Origin: Nitrosopumilus sp. | GTDB lineage: Archaea; Thermoproteota; Nitrososphaeria; Nitrososphaerales; Nitrosopumilaceae | Direction of reading: 5' to 3' | DNA length: 64,000 nucleotides | Assembly (NCBI GenBank): GCA_965205425.1 | Contig: CBDBGZ010000005.1 | Location: 160,001 to 224,000, forward strand | Part shown: one piece after another, positions 31,113 to 43,229 of the stretch | Numbering within the stretch: position 1 is the first letter of the stretch | Layout: each line of letters starts with the position of its first letter | The notes under the pieces: model-generated | Databases searched by the model: none | What the model saw: only the letters and a program-made list of their open reading frames with translations | Told to the model about the DNA's origin: nothing | Program-made: the position numbers and the translations under genes

Positions 31113-31174
31113 ATTAGCTAACATTAGACTATACGAAAGCATAAAATCAACAAATTACGATCTTTGTATATCTG

Positions 31175-32683
31175 ATGACTGAATTTGTTGAAAAAAAATA
31201 TGTGAAAAAAAATTCTATTGAAAAGCGAGATTATCAAATCAATCTTGCAAATCAGGCAATAAAGGAGAATTGTATTGTGGTTTTACCTACTGGCCTTGGA
31301 AAAACCGCTGTTGCTTTACATGCGATTTCTGAATTTCTGGCAAAAGGAACTGGCGGCATTTTATTTTTAGCACCTACACGAGTTTTAGTAAATCAACATT
31401 ATGAATTCTTGAAAAATAATTTGACATTAGATGACATATCGTTAATTACTGGGGAGGATACAATACCAAAAAGAACAAAACTTTGGAATAATAGTATTGT
31501 TTGTGCAACTCCGGAAATTGCTCGAAATGATTTGAATCGAAAAATAGTTTCTTCAGATCAATTCAATTTAGTTGTGTTTGATGAAGTTCATCGAACTGTA
31601 GGTGATTATGCATATTCTGGGATTGCTGAATGGTTTGCAGATTCTCCTGCTAGATTAATTGGAATGACTGCAACTTTACCTAGTGAGAAAGAAAAAGCAA
31701 CTGAGATTTTAACAAAATTGCGAATCTCCAGTGTTGCAGAACGTACAGAAGATAGTCCTGATGTAAAACCTTACACTCAAGAAACAAACACAGAATGGAT
31801 TAACGTAGAGCTTCCACCTGAATTAAAAGAAATACAAAAATTATTGAAATTAGCGTTAGATGAACGATATGATATTCTAAGAAAGAATGGAATTCGTTTG
31901 GCTGAACAACAATCACTTTCAGCATTACTTCGAATTAGACAATTTGTTCTTAATCAAAATAGGCGTTCTGCAAAACCTTTGTTCACTGCAATCCGAATAC
32001 ACTATGCTTTGAATATGCTTGAAGCTCATGGTATCACTCCTTTTCTAAAATTTTGTGAACGTGCCAAAGCGAAAAAAGGAGTTGGTGTAAAGGACTTGTT
32101 TGAACTCGATCCTAATTTTACTAGGGCAGTTCGTTTAGCAAATGAAGCACAATCAAAAGGAATTGAGCATTCCAAGATTCCAAAACTTAAAGAAATTATT
32201 GAATCCGTTCCTGGTAAAGCCCTAATTTTTACGAGTTATAGGGATTCTGTTGATTTAATTCATTCAAAACTTACAGAGTTGGGAATTCCTGCCGGAATAT
32301 TGATTGGTAAGGCTGGAGATACTGGACTAAAACAGAAAAAACAGATAGAAACCGTTCAAAATTTTAGAGATGGACTATTTCGTGTTCTGATTGCCACACG
32401 TGTTGGTGAAGAAGGGTTGGATATTGCTGAAGTCAATCAGGTAATTTTTTATGATAATGTTCCTAGCTCTGTTAGACATATTCAAAGACGAGGACGAACT
32501 GGTCGAAAAGATACTGGAAAACTTGTTGTTTTAATTGCTAAAAATACTATTGATGAGACATATTATTGGATAGGAAAACGAAAAATGACTGCAGCAAAAT
32601 CAATGGGAGATAAAATGACCAAAGTTTTAGAAAAAAATCAAGAAATTGAATCAAAAAAATCTGGTATGGATGCTTTTCTCTAG
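31175..32683 (+). CDS. Hef/FANCM-like SF2 helicase (helicase domain only)
   Basis: LPTGLGKT, DEVH, TAT, QRRGRTGR. Confidence 0.92.
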   Translation: MTEFVEKKYVKKNSIEKRDYQINLANQAIKENCIVVLPTGLGKTAVALHAISEFLAKGTGGILFLAPTRVLVNQHYEFLKNNLTLDDISLITGEDTIPKRTKLWNNSIVCATPEIARNDLNRKIVSSDQFNLVVFDEVHRTVGDYAYSGIAEWFADSPARLIGMTATLPSEKEKATEILTKLRISSVAERTEDSPDVKPYTQETNTEWINVELPPELKEIQKLLKLALDERYDILRKNGIRLAEQQSLSALLRIRQFVLNQNRRSAKPLFTAIRIHYALNMLEAHGITPFLKFCERAKAKKGVGVKDLFELDPNFTRAVRLANEAQSKGIEHSKIPKLKEIIESVPGKALIFTSYRDSVDLIHSKLTELGIPAGILIGKAGDTGLKQKKQIETVQNFRDGLFRVLIATRVGEEGLDIAEVNQVIFYDNVPSSVRHIQRRGRTGRKDTGKLVVLIAKNTIDETYYWIGKRKMTAAKSMGDKMTKVLEKNQEIESKKSGMDAFL

Positions 32684-32952
32684 TTTTTGTATTGTTTTAA
32701 AATATTTTCAAAAATAGATTGCTTTTTTTGAATCACTTTATTTTTCATACCTGATTCTAAATGATGAATGCTACTTTTCTTTGCAATTAGCAAATTTTCT
32801 AATCTGATGTCAAATTGGCTTTGTAGGAATTCTTCAACTCCTTGAAATCCTCCCCCTAATTCTAAATTCTCAAATGCCTCTTTTGCTAAATTATTGATCG
32901 AATTATCTAAATATGATAAAATTTCATCTAATATCTTTCCAGTCAAAACCAT
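32680..32952 (-). CDS. hypothetical protein
   Basis: 90-aa ORF. Confidence 0.7.
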   Translation of the reverse strand: MVLTGKILDEILSYLDNSINNLAKEAFENLELGGGFQGVEEFLQSQFDIRLENLLIAKKSSIHHLESGMKNKVIQKKQSIFENILKQYKN

Positions 32953-33207
32953 GATTGAGATTAATTTAGAACTGAAAAAATGTTGTGTATTTTATTTTGG
33001 TTTTTTAGGTGTGTAAATTGATAATGATCTTCTAAACTGTTAATCTCTAATTCTATACATTGCCTGATATTGACAAATCAAAAGAAATGAAAGATTTAGT
33101 TGAAAAAGAAAAAAAACTCCATAAGGAAATAAAGGCAGATTTTAAGAAAATTAGTCAAAAAATAAACGATGATTTTGAAAAGGTAAAAGAATCAAAATCT
33201 CACTAAA

Positions 33208-33486
33208 TCATGCAAATCTTTTGATAATATGATAACCAAATTCTGATTTAATTGGTTCTGAGATTTCTCCTACTTGAAGTTTGAATGCAGCTTCTTCAAA
33301 TGGTTTTACCATCATTCCTTTTGTAAAATAGCCTAAACTGCCTTCCTTTTTCCCACTTCCAGTATCTGTTGATAATTCTTTAGCCAAAGTACCAAATTTT
33401 TTCCCACCTTTGATCTTTTCCAAAATCGTAAGTGCTTCACTTTGTTTTTCAACTAGGATGTGGGAGCATTTTATTTTATTACTCAT
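33208..33486 (-). CDS. parvulin-type peptidyl-prolyl isomerase
   Basis: CSHILV, GSLGYF, MVKPFEEAAF, FGYHII. Confidence 0.95.
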   Translation of the reverse strand: MSNKIKCSHILVEKQSEALTILEKIKGGKKFGTLAKELSTDTGSGKKEGSLGYFTKGMMVKPFEEAAFKLQVGEISEPIKSEFGYHIIKRFA

Positions 33487-33559
33487 TTTCATATTTGATT
33501 CATTTCTAGTCTTTATTTGTTAGGAATATGCTTAAGTTCCTAGAAAATTTGTTATTGTA

Positions 33560-33784
33560 TTGAGTTATCGACGTACAGGTTTAGCTGTGATAATTGTTTC
33601 AGCCATTATTGGGATTATTGCTATCGGTTTGGATAGTTTGCCAAAAGAAGCAATTATGCCACTTTTAGTAATTAGTGGTTTAGGTTTTGTCATCGGTGTA
33701 GTTCTGCTAAATTACAAAGCAAAACATTCTAAACGAGATAAAGGTAATTTTAAAAGAACAAACACCAAGTTTTGGGATACATAA
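33560..33784 (+). CDS. small 2-TM membrane protein
   Basis: Two hydrophobic helices; CTTAAG 29 nt upstream. Confidence 0.7.
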   Translation: MSYRRTGLAVIIVSAIIGIIAIGLDSLPKEAIMPLLVISGLGFVIGVVLLNYKAKHSKRDKGNFKRTNTKFWDT

Positions 33785-33945
33785 TTTTCCTTTTTTAGTA
33801 TAAATATACACGATTAAACTCAATTGAAATGAATTGGATGATAAAATGATAATGATAACTATTACTCATCAGAACAAACTAGTAAATTACTGTGTGTTCA
33901 AATGAGCAAACTTGTTTTTATCAATTTAAACATATTTCATATAGT

Positions 33946-34311
33946 ATGAAAATCCTTCACATTGAAGACGTACCTGAAATAAGTCAGATTTTTGCAGATA
34001 TTTTATCTACTAAAAATTATGATTTTGATAGTATCTCTGATGGACGAGCTGGACTAGAATTGGCAGTTTACAAAGACTATGATTTAATTTTACTTGACAT
34101 GTGCATGCCAAAATATAGTGGAGTGGATTTCCTATTGGATTTAAAACATAGGATGCCTACAGAAGTATCTAAAGTGGTGATTGTAAGTGCTTTGGAGATG
34201 AATCCTGCACAAGAACAAGAATTATTGAATTTAGGAATTCGTTCTGTTTTGAGAAAGCCAATATCTGTTCAGGGATTGCTTTCACAAATTGAACAACAAA
34301 TTATATCCTAG
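33946..34311 (+). CDS. single-domain response regulator (receiver)
   Basis: ILHIED, LLDMCMP, SA, KP. Confidence 0.9.
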   Translation: MKILHIEDVPEISQIFADILSTKNYDFDSISDGRAGLELAVYKDYDLILLDMCMPKYSGVDFLLDLKHRMPTEVSKVVIVSALEMNPAQEQELLNLGIRSVLRKPISVQGLLSQIEQQIIS

Positions 34312-34706
34312 TTTAATCCCCAACTCACTTTATTATTTGGAATTATTTTTAAAAACGGTGCCTCTTTTTCTGTCCAAGGGTCTTTCCTGACCCATGCAAA
34401 TTTATTGTAAAAAATATCGTAAAATTTCTTAAACTCTTCTCCATCTTCTATTATTTTTGTATCTCCTTGAACACATACTGCTTTATGATCTCCTGATTTG
34501 TAAATGTCTACTACTATTCCTGTTTTAGAATTTAATTTAATATTGTTAAATGTACGAGTATTGTAATCTGTCGCTACGACAAATGTATTATCCACAAATA
34601 CAAAAGATACTGGTTTTACATGTGGGATGTTGTCATGAGATGTTGCTAGTCTTGCCTCTTCTATTTTTATTAGAAAATCTTTTTCTTTACTAGTAAATTC
34701 TATCAA
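34308..34706 (-). CDS. pyridoxamine 5'-phosphate oxidase-like (split-barrel) protein
   Basis: ARLAT...PHVKPV...VCVQG. Confidence 0.85.
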   Translation of the reverse strand: MIEFTSKEKDFLIKIEEARLATSHDNIPHVKPVSFVFVDNTFVVATDYNTRTFNNIKLNSKTGIVVDIYKSGDHKAVCVQGDTKIIEDGEEFKKFYDIFYNKFAWVRKDPWTEKEAPFLKIIPNNKVSWGLN

Positions 34707-34981
34707 TTGAAAATTCGTTCTCTAATTTCTGGAATGTGTTTGTATACAATGTCTCTAATTTTCATTTGATCTTCTGCAGTAGGTGCTTCATTTTGAGCGC
34801 TAAGAATTGCTCCTCCCATACCCAGTGCCATACCCATTACTATTCCGTAGACGAATTCTTTTGGGTCTTCTACTTTTAACACTTCTTTATTTTCTTTAAT
34901 CTCATCTAAATATGATGGAATTGTAGAAACTGCTCCGTTAATTACTTGGATAATTAATGCCTCTAGTTGGTCTTCACTCAT
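34703..34981 (-). CDS. hypothetical protein
   Basis: 92 aa, coupled to downstream gene. Confidence 0.75.
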   Translation of the reverse strand: MSEDQLEALIIQVINGAVSTIPSYLDEIKENKEVLKVEDPKEFVYGIVMGMALGMGGAILSAQNEAPTAEDQMKIRDIVYKHIPEIRERIFN

Positions 34982-35052
34982 GTTTTCACTCTAATTGATT
35001 TCTTAATAAATTTGCACCTAAGATTTTTAATCTCTATTTCATGAGATAACTT

Positions 35053-35454
35053 ATGTTCGCATTTTTTACTACGAATGAAGCAAATTCCGCATTACCTGAT
35101 GTAATTAAAAAATTTGAATATGCTCTAGCAAAAAATACCGAAGTAAAAAAAATAGAACAAGAATTACAAATCAGCGTCTCAACTACAAACTCTTTTGAAT
35201 CTTATGTGAATTTGAAACAAAAATTGAATTCAGCCCTCACGAAATTCTATGAATCAGTAGAAATGTTGGAAAATACTGGGGTGGTTGTAAAAAGCATAGA
35301 GCAAGGATTACTTGATTTTCCTTCAAAAAGATTTGATGAGGAAGTTTGGCTGTGTTGGAAATATGGTGAAACTGAAATAAAATTCTGGCATGAAAAAGAT
35401 TCTGGTTTTATGGGACGAAAACCCATTGAAGTTAGTGATGATACATTAATTTGA
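35053..35454 (+). CDS. DUF2203 family protein
   Basis: GLLDFPS, WLCWKYGE, FWH, GFMGRKP. Confidence 0.88.
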   Translation: MFAFFTTNEANSALPDVIKKFEYALAKNTEVKKIEQELQISVSTTNSFESYVNLKQKLNSALTKFYESVEMLENTGVVVKSIEQGLLDFPSKRFDEEVWLCWKYGETEIKFWHEKDSGFMGRKPIEVSDDTLI

Positions 35455-35559
35455 TATTTTTAAATCGTGAATAGATCTAAGATCATCCCAAGTATTTGCT
35501 AAATGTGCACAAAACTCGTCTCTACATTTGGTACTATATCCACAACTACATCTACTCAT
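35446..35559 (-). CDS. 37-aa Cys/His microprotein
   Basis: MSRCSCGYSTKCRDEFCAHLANTWDDLRSIHDLKISN*. Confidence 0.45.
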   Translation of the reverse strand: MSRCSCGYSTKCRDEFCAHLANTWDDLRSIHDLKISN

Positions 35560-35860
35560 TGCATATCTACCTCAGATGAATCCGTTTTTGACCAAATATT
35601 GTTGAACAGTAATGCTTTAGAGTAAATTATGGTTTCAGAGTTTGTCCATATTGCTCGCATCTCTTTGTTGTTTCCTTCGTTTTTAATGAAAAATAATACT
35701 TCATCATCATCATCTTTGATCAAAAAGCAAAGATTTTCTTTTACAGATGGGAATAATTGTTTGATTTTTGTTTTGTCAATATCTTCAAAAATATATTTTG
35801 ATTTTTTTGAAATTGGTGTTAATAATTTGTAATCAATTTTGTGCTCCTCTAATTTGATGG
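35556..35860 (-). pseudogene. start-less C-terminal gene fragment, possibly of a TrmB-type regulator
   Basis: About 100 open codons (...AIWTNSETIIYSKALLFNNIWSK...) with no start codon at its 5' end. Confidence 0.4.
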
Positions 35861-35904
35861 GTACGATGCAACAGATGTGACTAACCTATAATTACACGAT
35901 GGTA

Positions 35905-36035
35905 TAGCGAAAAGATAAAGTTCGTGAACTAAAAATCATCAAAAAACTAGAGATTAGATGATTTTACCTAAGGTAAATACGAATAAACAATCTGAAACAC
36001 CTTGAAAATAGTTCATGAACATATGCTTCTCGCTA
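35905..36035. mobile_element. IS630-related MITE, copy 1 (131 bp)
   Basis: TAGCGAAAAG...TTCTCGCTA flanked by TA; same sequence as copy 2. Confidence 0.9.
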
Positions 36036-36139
36036 TACATTGTGGTTGGTGGAATTTTAATGGTTGGTGTTGTAGTCTTTATGTTTTTGAGAAAATCAAA
36101 AACCAATTTAGAAGAAGAATGGGAAGAAGAGGAAGAACT

Positions 36140-36349
36140 CTAATTTTTTTCTACTCTTTTTTTATCTCTACAAATTCCACAAAGGTAATTTTCCATAAAT
36201 TCTTTAATTTCAATTTTAAATTCTTTAGTTTGGTAATACTTTTCTCCTGTTTTTAACCCTCCAGTAACTTGTTTGTGACAATTGATACAATGAATTTCTG
36301 CATTAAATTTGATAATTTTCTCATTTTTTGATATTTTACCTATGATCAT
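36140..36349 (-). CDS. small zinc-binding hypothetical protein
   Basis: CINC and CGIC. Confidence 0.7.
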   Translation of the reverse strand: MIIGKISKNEKIIKFNAEIHCINCHKQVTGGLKTGEKYYQTKEFKIEIKEFMENYLCGICRDKKRVEKN

Positions 36350-36433
36350 TGAGTCTGTTTTGATTAATTTTGATATAAACAATTAGTTGTTTCCAAAACT
36401 CATGAATATTATATTGAAAAATTAACAATTTTT

Positions 36434-37321
<888 letters not shown>

Positions 37322-37350
37322 CATAAATTTGGTAACAAATTGAAAAGAAT

Positions 37351-38451
37351 ATGATTCCTGGTAATGCTACCTGTGAAGGAACTGAGAAATTTGCCAAAAA
37401 TTCAGGCGTAAATCCAGGCAATTTTAAAACTTTTGAAAATCTATTTCTTTCAAATGTTGGAATTGGAACTTATCTTGGTGATCCCGATGCTAGAACTGAT
37501 GAATTGGTAACTAGTGCTGTAAAACAATCAATTCAATCAGGTATCAATGTAATTGATACTGCAATCAATTATCGATCTCAAAAAGCAGAACGTTCTGTTG
37601 GTAAGGCTATTGCGGAGTTAATTCAAGAAGGAAAAATCACTCGTGATCAACTATTCATTAGTTCTAAAAATGGCTATGTTACAAATGATGCAGATGTTCA
37701 ATTGGGTTTTTGGGAATATGTAAAAGAAGAATATTCTCAAAAAGGTGTCATAAATGAAGGTGATGTCACATCTGGATATCATTGTATGACTACTGCATAT
37801 CTATCTGATCAACTCGATAGAAGTTTAAAAAATTTAAACATAGATTGCCTTGATTTGATGTATCTTCATAATGGTATTGAGGGACAGATTAAAGATATTT
37901 CAAAAGAAAAATTCCTAGAGAATTTAAAATCTGTTTTTGAATTATACGAACAAAAAAGAAAAGAAGGAAAAATTAAATTTTATGGAATGGCAACTTGGGA
38001 GTGTTTTCGAGTTTCATCTGATAATCCACAATATCTTTCACTAGAAGATGTAGTTACTATGGCAAAAAAAATTGGTGGTAATGATCATGGATTTCGTTTT
38101 ATTCAATTGCCTTACAACATGCATTATGATCAAGCATTACTTACAAAAAACCAATTATTTGGAACAGAAAAAATTTCTATTTTAGAAGCAGCTGTAAAAT
38201 TGGGAATTGGGGTTTTCACTAGTGTTCCATTCATGCAAGGTAGGCTGCTAACTCCTGGAACAATGCCTGAATTTAATGAATTAAAACCCTCATTACGGGC
38301 TTTACAATTCATTCGTTCTTCTCCTGGTGTTCTGGCTCCTCTTGTAGGTCAGAAATCTTCTGAGCACGTATCTGAAAATCTTGAAATTATGAACATCCCT
38401 TCATTATCTGAAGATGAGTTTCTTGCATTGGTAAAGAAATTAACTTCATAA
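37351..38451 (+). CDS. aldo/keto reductase
   Basis: GIGTY, IDTAINY, DLMYLHN, IQLPYN. Confidence 0.92.
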   Translation: MIPGNATCEGTEKFAKNSGVNPGNFKTFENLFLSNVGIGTYLGDPDARTDELVTSAVKQSIQSGINVIDTAINYRSQKAERSVGKAIAELIQEGKITRDQLFISSKNGYVTNDADVQLGFWEYVKEEYSQKGVINEGDVTSGYHCMTTAYLSDQLDRSLKNLNIDCLDLMYLHNGIEGQIKDISKEKFLENLKSVFELYEQKRKEGKIKFYGMATWECFRVSSDNPQYLSLEDVVTMAKKIGGNDHGFRFIQLPYNMHYDQALLTKNQLFGTEKISILEAAVKLGIGVFTSVPFMQGRLLTPGTMPEFNELKPSLRALQFIRSSPGVLAPLVGQKSSEHVSENLEIMNIPSLSEDEFLALVKKLTS

Positions 38452-38522
38452 TTTTTTAATTACTAGCCTCAAGAAATTGTATAAAGATAATAAATGAGTG
38501 ATTTTTAGGTTGACATAGTAAT

Positions 38523-38888
38523 TTGTCTGCAAAAATTTATGATTATACAAAAATTTGTAATTCTATTTTTGGTATTGACCCTAAAATACGATTTGCTGGA
38601 GTGATCAATGAAAGAGGACGTTTAGTTGCTGGTGGAATGAAAGAAAATGTTGAACCTTTAGAAAGTGAAAAAGATGATGAGATGATTTTCATGGAACTAG
38701 CTTTGCGTGTAAAAATGAGAAAAGAATTTGATAAACAACTAGGCCCCGTAAACTTTGCTATGGCTTCCAGAGAACGAGCTCTTGCAATCAGTGTCATAAT
38801 TAATGAAGACATTTTGTATGTTGTATCTGAGCCTGATACTGACTATGGTGCATTACCAAAGAAAATTATTGAAATAATTCATACATAA
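38523..38888 (+). CDS. roadblock/DUF6659-like protein
   Basis: IRFAGVINERGRLVAGG...FDKQLG. Confidence 0.8.
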   Translation: MSAKIYDYTKICNSIFGIDPKIRFAGVINERGRLVAGGMKENVEPLESEKDDEMIFMELALRVKMRKEFDKQLGPVNFAMASRERALAISVIINEDILYVVSEPDTDYGALPKKIIEIIHT

Positions 38889-38992
38889 TACCTAGTTTCC
38901 ATTTTTGGGACTTTATGATCTTCTTAATTAACAATAAAATTTTAGATCGCTTACATGAATACGATCACAAAACTTGATTATGATTATTTAGC

Positions 38993-39148
38993 ATGTCTGA
39001 ATTGACAAAAGAAATTGGGTCAATCGTACAAAATTCCTTCAATCAAGGACGAAATAATTTAACATCTTCTGATATTGAACATATTTTAAAAATTACTTCT
39101 GATGTTACATATAGAATAAAATCACAAATTCCGGAAATCCCAGTATGA
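38993..39148 (+). CDS. 51-aa hypothetical protein
   Basis: MSELTKEIGSIVQNSF...; stop overlaps next ATG. Confidence 0.55.
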   Translation: MSELTKEIGSIVQNSFNQGRNNLTSSDIEHILKITSDVTYRIKSQIPEIPV

Positions 39149-39399
39149 ATAATTGTCATGATCGACATGACCCAATGTACAAAATAAAATACAAACCACA
39201 ACAATTTGGTGGATTAATGAGTGAATGGTTAGTTTGTGAAAAATGTTTTGGACGACAAGAATTTTTTGGAGAATCTGAAGAGATCGAATCTATTATTTCA
39301 TTAAGAGATTTTACCGAGATTAAGCTCGAAATTGATCATCTATCCATCATGACTAGAACTGTTACTAAAAAACTTAAAAAAATTCTTTTAGTTAAATGA
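39145..39399 (+). CDS. hypothetical Cys-containing protein
   Basis: 84 aa, CxxC. Confidence 0.65.
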   Translation: MNNCHDRHDPMYKIKYKPQQFGGLMSEWLVCEKCFGRQEFFGESEEIESIISLRDFTEIKLEIDHLSIMTRTVTKKLKKILLVK

Positions 39400-39450
39400 C
39401 TCTGCATTTTTCAGCTGAAACTATAAATTGAATTTAAAAGTGAAAAATTT

Positions 39451-39597
39451 GTGCCAGTAGATCCTGTATGTGGAATTGAACTAGATGAAGATTTAGCATT
39501 ATTACATGATCATAATGGAAAAAAAGTCTATTTTTGCTGTTCGGGATGTAGAAGAATTTTTCTCAAAAAGCCTCGAAAGTATAAAAATAATAGGTGA
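39451..39597 (+). CDS. YHS/TRASH metal-binding domain protein
   Basis: DPVCG...YFCCSGC...P.KY; stop falls inside the IS1595 end. Confidence 0.85.
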   Translation: MPVDPVCGIELDEDLALLHDHNGKKVYFCCSGCRRIFLKKPRKYKNNR

Positions 39598-40502
39598 TTA
39601 TCAATTATTCACCACCAACACATAATCAAGCAATAATGAGAAAGTATCTTCCATCTCTGTTGTTGTATCTCCACTCCATCTCTTTGATGTATAACAAGAA
39701 TTTATCTGGACTTACACCATGATGCTTTGCCATGTTCTCTTTTGCAAAACTCCAAAACCCTTCAATCCCATTGATGTACACGTCGCCTTTGCCAAACATC
39801 TTGCTGTGATCAACTGAGAGATGTTTGTAACCGTTGAAAATTAGAGAATCATATCCTCTCCACTTGTCCGTATACACAATGCTTCCTTTCTTTACTTTCT
39901 TGATTGTTCCTGCAAGAAGAGTTTTAGCTTTGACATTGTTTACAATCTCAACGTGAACTTTTCCCTTTCTTTCCAGTATGCCAAATACGATGGTCTTGTT
40001 CTTGGCACCTCTGCCACGATTTCCCTTTCTTTTTCCTCCAAAATAGTCGCCTCGTCAGCCTCAATTTTACCTTTTAATTTCTTGTCTGATTCTGCCAGAT
40101 GATACAGTATGGCATATCTAATACAATCAAAAGCATTTAGTGCAAGTTGGATAACTGACATCTGCTTCTATAGCTGCACGTCTTGCACTAATCCCAATAT
40201 CAAATAGTTTGACTAGGGCCAACCATTTTGTAAAATTAATGTTGATGATATCAAACCATGTTCCAGCAAACGGTCTATAATCTGTCTTGCAATCTTTGCA
40301 TCTTAGTTTCCCTCTTGAAATAATATAGTAATTCTCAGAGTTACATGATGAACAATGAATTGTGTTTTTCTTTTTGAATTGGTTGCAGAGAAATTCCAAT
40401 GCAGTTGATTTGTTGTGAATTATTTTAGATAACTCAATTATGTTGATTGTTTTTTCCAATAATTACTCAAAAATAGTTGGTGGTAATAGGTTTACAATCA
40501 CC
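39593..40502 (-). mobile_element. IS1595-family element with fragmented transposase
   Basis: Imperfect TIR GGTGATT...TATT..CACCAAC; no target duplication seen. Confidence 0.8.
39626..40459 (-). pseudogene. IS1595 transposase, two or more frameshifts
   Basis: Zn ribbon, IEADE, YTDKWRGY, INGIEGFWS in three separate ORFs. Confidence 0.85.
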
Positions 40503-40902
40503 CCGAATTAAATAAATCATTTTTGGCATATATTTTTCATATACAATTTCAGAACGAGTGATCTTATCCATATCGGATGTTAATTCAGGATCAGATAATA
40601 ATTGATATAGCGAAAAGATAAAGTTCGTGAACTAAAAATCATCAAAAAACTAGAGATTAGATGATTTTACCTAAGGTAAATACGAATAAACAATCTGAAA
40701 CACCTTGAAAATAGTTCATGAACATATGCTTCTCGCTATACATGATGATTCCATTTGAAATCATTAATCCTGATACAAATATTACAAAAATTACGGCAGT
40801 AGGTTTCTTTTTGTTAAGTTTTGTAGTAGCATAGTAATCCAATCCAGGTATTATTGCATATAGTGTAAATCGTCTCACATTTACAGGGCCGCCATTATTC
40901 AT
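40503..40902 (-). pseudogene. membrane protein gene interrupted by MITE and truncated by IS1595
   Basis: Removing the MITE restores ...NGIIMY|QLLSDPELTSDMDKITRSEIVYEKYMPKMIYLIR up to the IS end. Confidence 0.7.
40608..40738. mobile_element. IS630-related MITE, copy 2
   Basis: Same sequence as 35905-36035, TA on both sides. Confidence 0.9.
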
Positions 40903-40932
40903 AATGTAGGATATTCTTAAGAGGTATCATAA

Positions 40933-41802
40933 TTACAAATCTCTAAATTTTACTAAATTGTAAAAATATGATGCATTAGTCTCAATTGTTCCTTTTTTAG
41001 GGATTTTTTGCAATCCAACATTATTAGATTCTAAAGCAGCCTGTGCTGCACCACCAGCAAAGCATAGAGCCCACAAAAAGTCTTTTTCTTTTAACATGGT
41101 ACAAGTAAAAGCAGAACAGAAAATATCCCCAACCCCAGTAGTATCATGAATATTTCGATTAGGTAAAGTGATAGAGTAAATCTTGTCTTTTACCAATAGA
41201 GAAACATCAGTTTTGTTTGTTAGTATTACATGTTCAATTCCTTTTTTTTGTAATGCCAACATCATTTCATCAGAAGTTCCGTTTACAAGTTGATTTGATT
41301 CTTCAGGGTTTACCTTAATTGCATTTACCTCAGATAAATCAAGATCAGTCTTCTCTAAAACAACATTATTTTGAGAATCTATCCTTCTCAAAAACCCTTG
41401 AGGATCAACAAAAAGAAAATTGGAATCATCCTTGATTTTTTTAAATGTATCATGGGAAAGTTCATGATAAATTGGACTAACAATATGTCCATCTGCATCA
41501 ACATTTGAATATTCAATAGGCTCACATTCATTTTCAAGTTTTAACGTTCTATCTGAACCAGTAATAGAAATAGAGAATTTGGTGGTATTTTTATCGGATT
41601 CAGAATTTTTAAAATTGATTTTTTGTTCAGTCAAATACTGTTTGGGAAAATCAGAACCAAACTTTGTAAATAAATCCACATCAAATTTGAATTGCCTGGC
41701 AGTTATTCCACAATAACAAGCAGCGCCTCCAATTTGTTCATAATTATTTCCATCAATTGTTATGGTATCAATTGCACAGTGAGAGAAAAGAGCTAATTTC
41801 AT
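40933..41802 (-). CDS. PfkB/ribokinase-family kinase
   Basis: GGAACY, DTTGVGDIF. Confidence 0.9.
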   Translation of the reverse strand: MKLALFSHCAIDTITIDGNNYEQIGGAACYCGITARQFKFDVDLFTKFGSDFPKQYLTEQKINFKNSESDKNTTKFSISITGSDRTLKLENECEPIEYSNVDADGHIVSPIYHELSHDTFKKIKDDSNFLFVDPQGFLRRIDSQNNVVLEKTDLDLSEVNAIKVNPEESNQLVNGTSDEMMLALQKKGIEHVILTNKTDVSLLVKDKIYSITLPNRNIHDTTGVGDIFCSAFTCTMLKEKDFLWALCFAGGAAQAALESNNVGLQKIPKKGTIETNASYFYNLVKFRDL

Positions 41803-41910
41803 TTTTCTTAATTTTATTTAGTATAGATTTAGTTTTTTGCATTGGTTTCTGCTATACAATCATGACAAATGATCTCGCCCTTAATTATCTCCACTTCTAC
41901 TCCAGATCTT

Positions 41911-43229
41911 CAGTAGATGGGAAAGTAACTCAAGTTACACATTCTAGAAAATAATTATTTTTGTTATTTCTAAAGTAATGAATAATTATCTTTACAAAGA
42001 AATATTTGAGAATTTCAATTGATATTATTGGTTTGTGATTTTGTACATTAGTTTCTTCTGAGATAATCAAATTAGCAATTATCCATGCATTGTACAAAAT
42101 CAAGGAATAGTAAAAATACAACAATCTTATGGATTGGTTTGAACTGGTGGTTTTTGGTCTGAACCTTCCCACACATGCATAACCTGTTTCAATCCCCCAA
42201 CGTTTCTTGTAATCAGTTGGAATGTCCTGTATATTTTCAGATATTTCTTTTGGTGAAACGTTTGTTGCAAACACAGCATACTGATCAATAATATCTGATT
42301 TTTTTCTTGCATTTTTGTTTGGTAGAATAACTAGATTAAATGATTCTACATGTCCTGATGATGATTTTATCGTGTATGGCGAGATTGATTTTCTATCTCC
42401 ATTAACGTATTGTAAAATGGCATCTTTGATTCGAGAATTCTTTTTTGCAGGCATTAGAAATTTTAAATTCTTTTGTTTTATTTCTGAAATTGTTCCAGCT
42501 GTGAAAAACTCCCTATCCACTAGCAATAGTTTAATCTTGATTCCATTATTGATGCCATCAGAGAGTAATTTACGCACAAAATCGGCATTTGATTTGTTGT
42601 CATACAAAGGATAACAACCTAATTGAGCCCTGATTCTTTTTTCAACGCACTGCATGGTGCAGTAACTCTCAAAATGAGTAGTACTGTTTTTTGATTTTGA
42701 TTTTATTAAAGAATGGTTTGGCAATTTGTCATATCTTGGGATTAGATGTTTGTCAATTGCCACAGTAACTGGTTGCTCCAATACTCCCAATTCTTGTAAT
42801 TTTGATATGGTACTATCCAGTGAACGATGTAATTGAATTTGCATTGTTTTTTGTGATATTTTTGATATGATTTTTCTCAACCATGAAACCAGTTGGAGAA
42901 GCATTATCTGATTCCATTGCCAGTCTCTTCAATCCAGATTCAGAATATGAATTTCCAAGACACAATGACATGATAGAATTATGTGCATCTGCATTGTGGA
43001 ACCGTGAGTTATTTTTACTAGAGCATGGAAACAATAAGATATTGTACATTATTTTAGCGACAATATCAAATGCTTTTGATAGTACTACACCTTGGTGTGT
43101 CATGGTATCAAATGAAGTACAATGCATATTTGATGGAGTGACATACTTTCATCAAGCTTTTTCTATCTGAATAATTTGAGAAAATGATCGTTATTTTTTG
43201 ATCCGAATTGAGCACTTTCCTATCTACTG
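41911..43229 (-). mobile_element. ISH3-family element, copy 2 (1319 bp)
   Basis: TIRs CAGTAGAT(G/A)GGAAAGT; 5-bp target duplication ATCTT. Confidence 0.92.
41930..43127 (-). CDS. ISH3-family transposase split over two frames
   Basis: Same two-ORF layout as copies 1 and 3. Confidence 0.8.

Noticed and set aside
31175..32683. Truncated Hef lacking the nuclease domain
   Set aside because: The ORF ends cleanly in a PIP-box-like tail (SGMDAFL) with no sign of disruption; treated as a natural helicase-only form.
36002..36256. 84-aa ORF
   Set aside because: Starts inside the MITE and overlaps a better opposite-strand gene.
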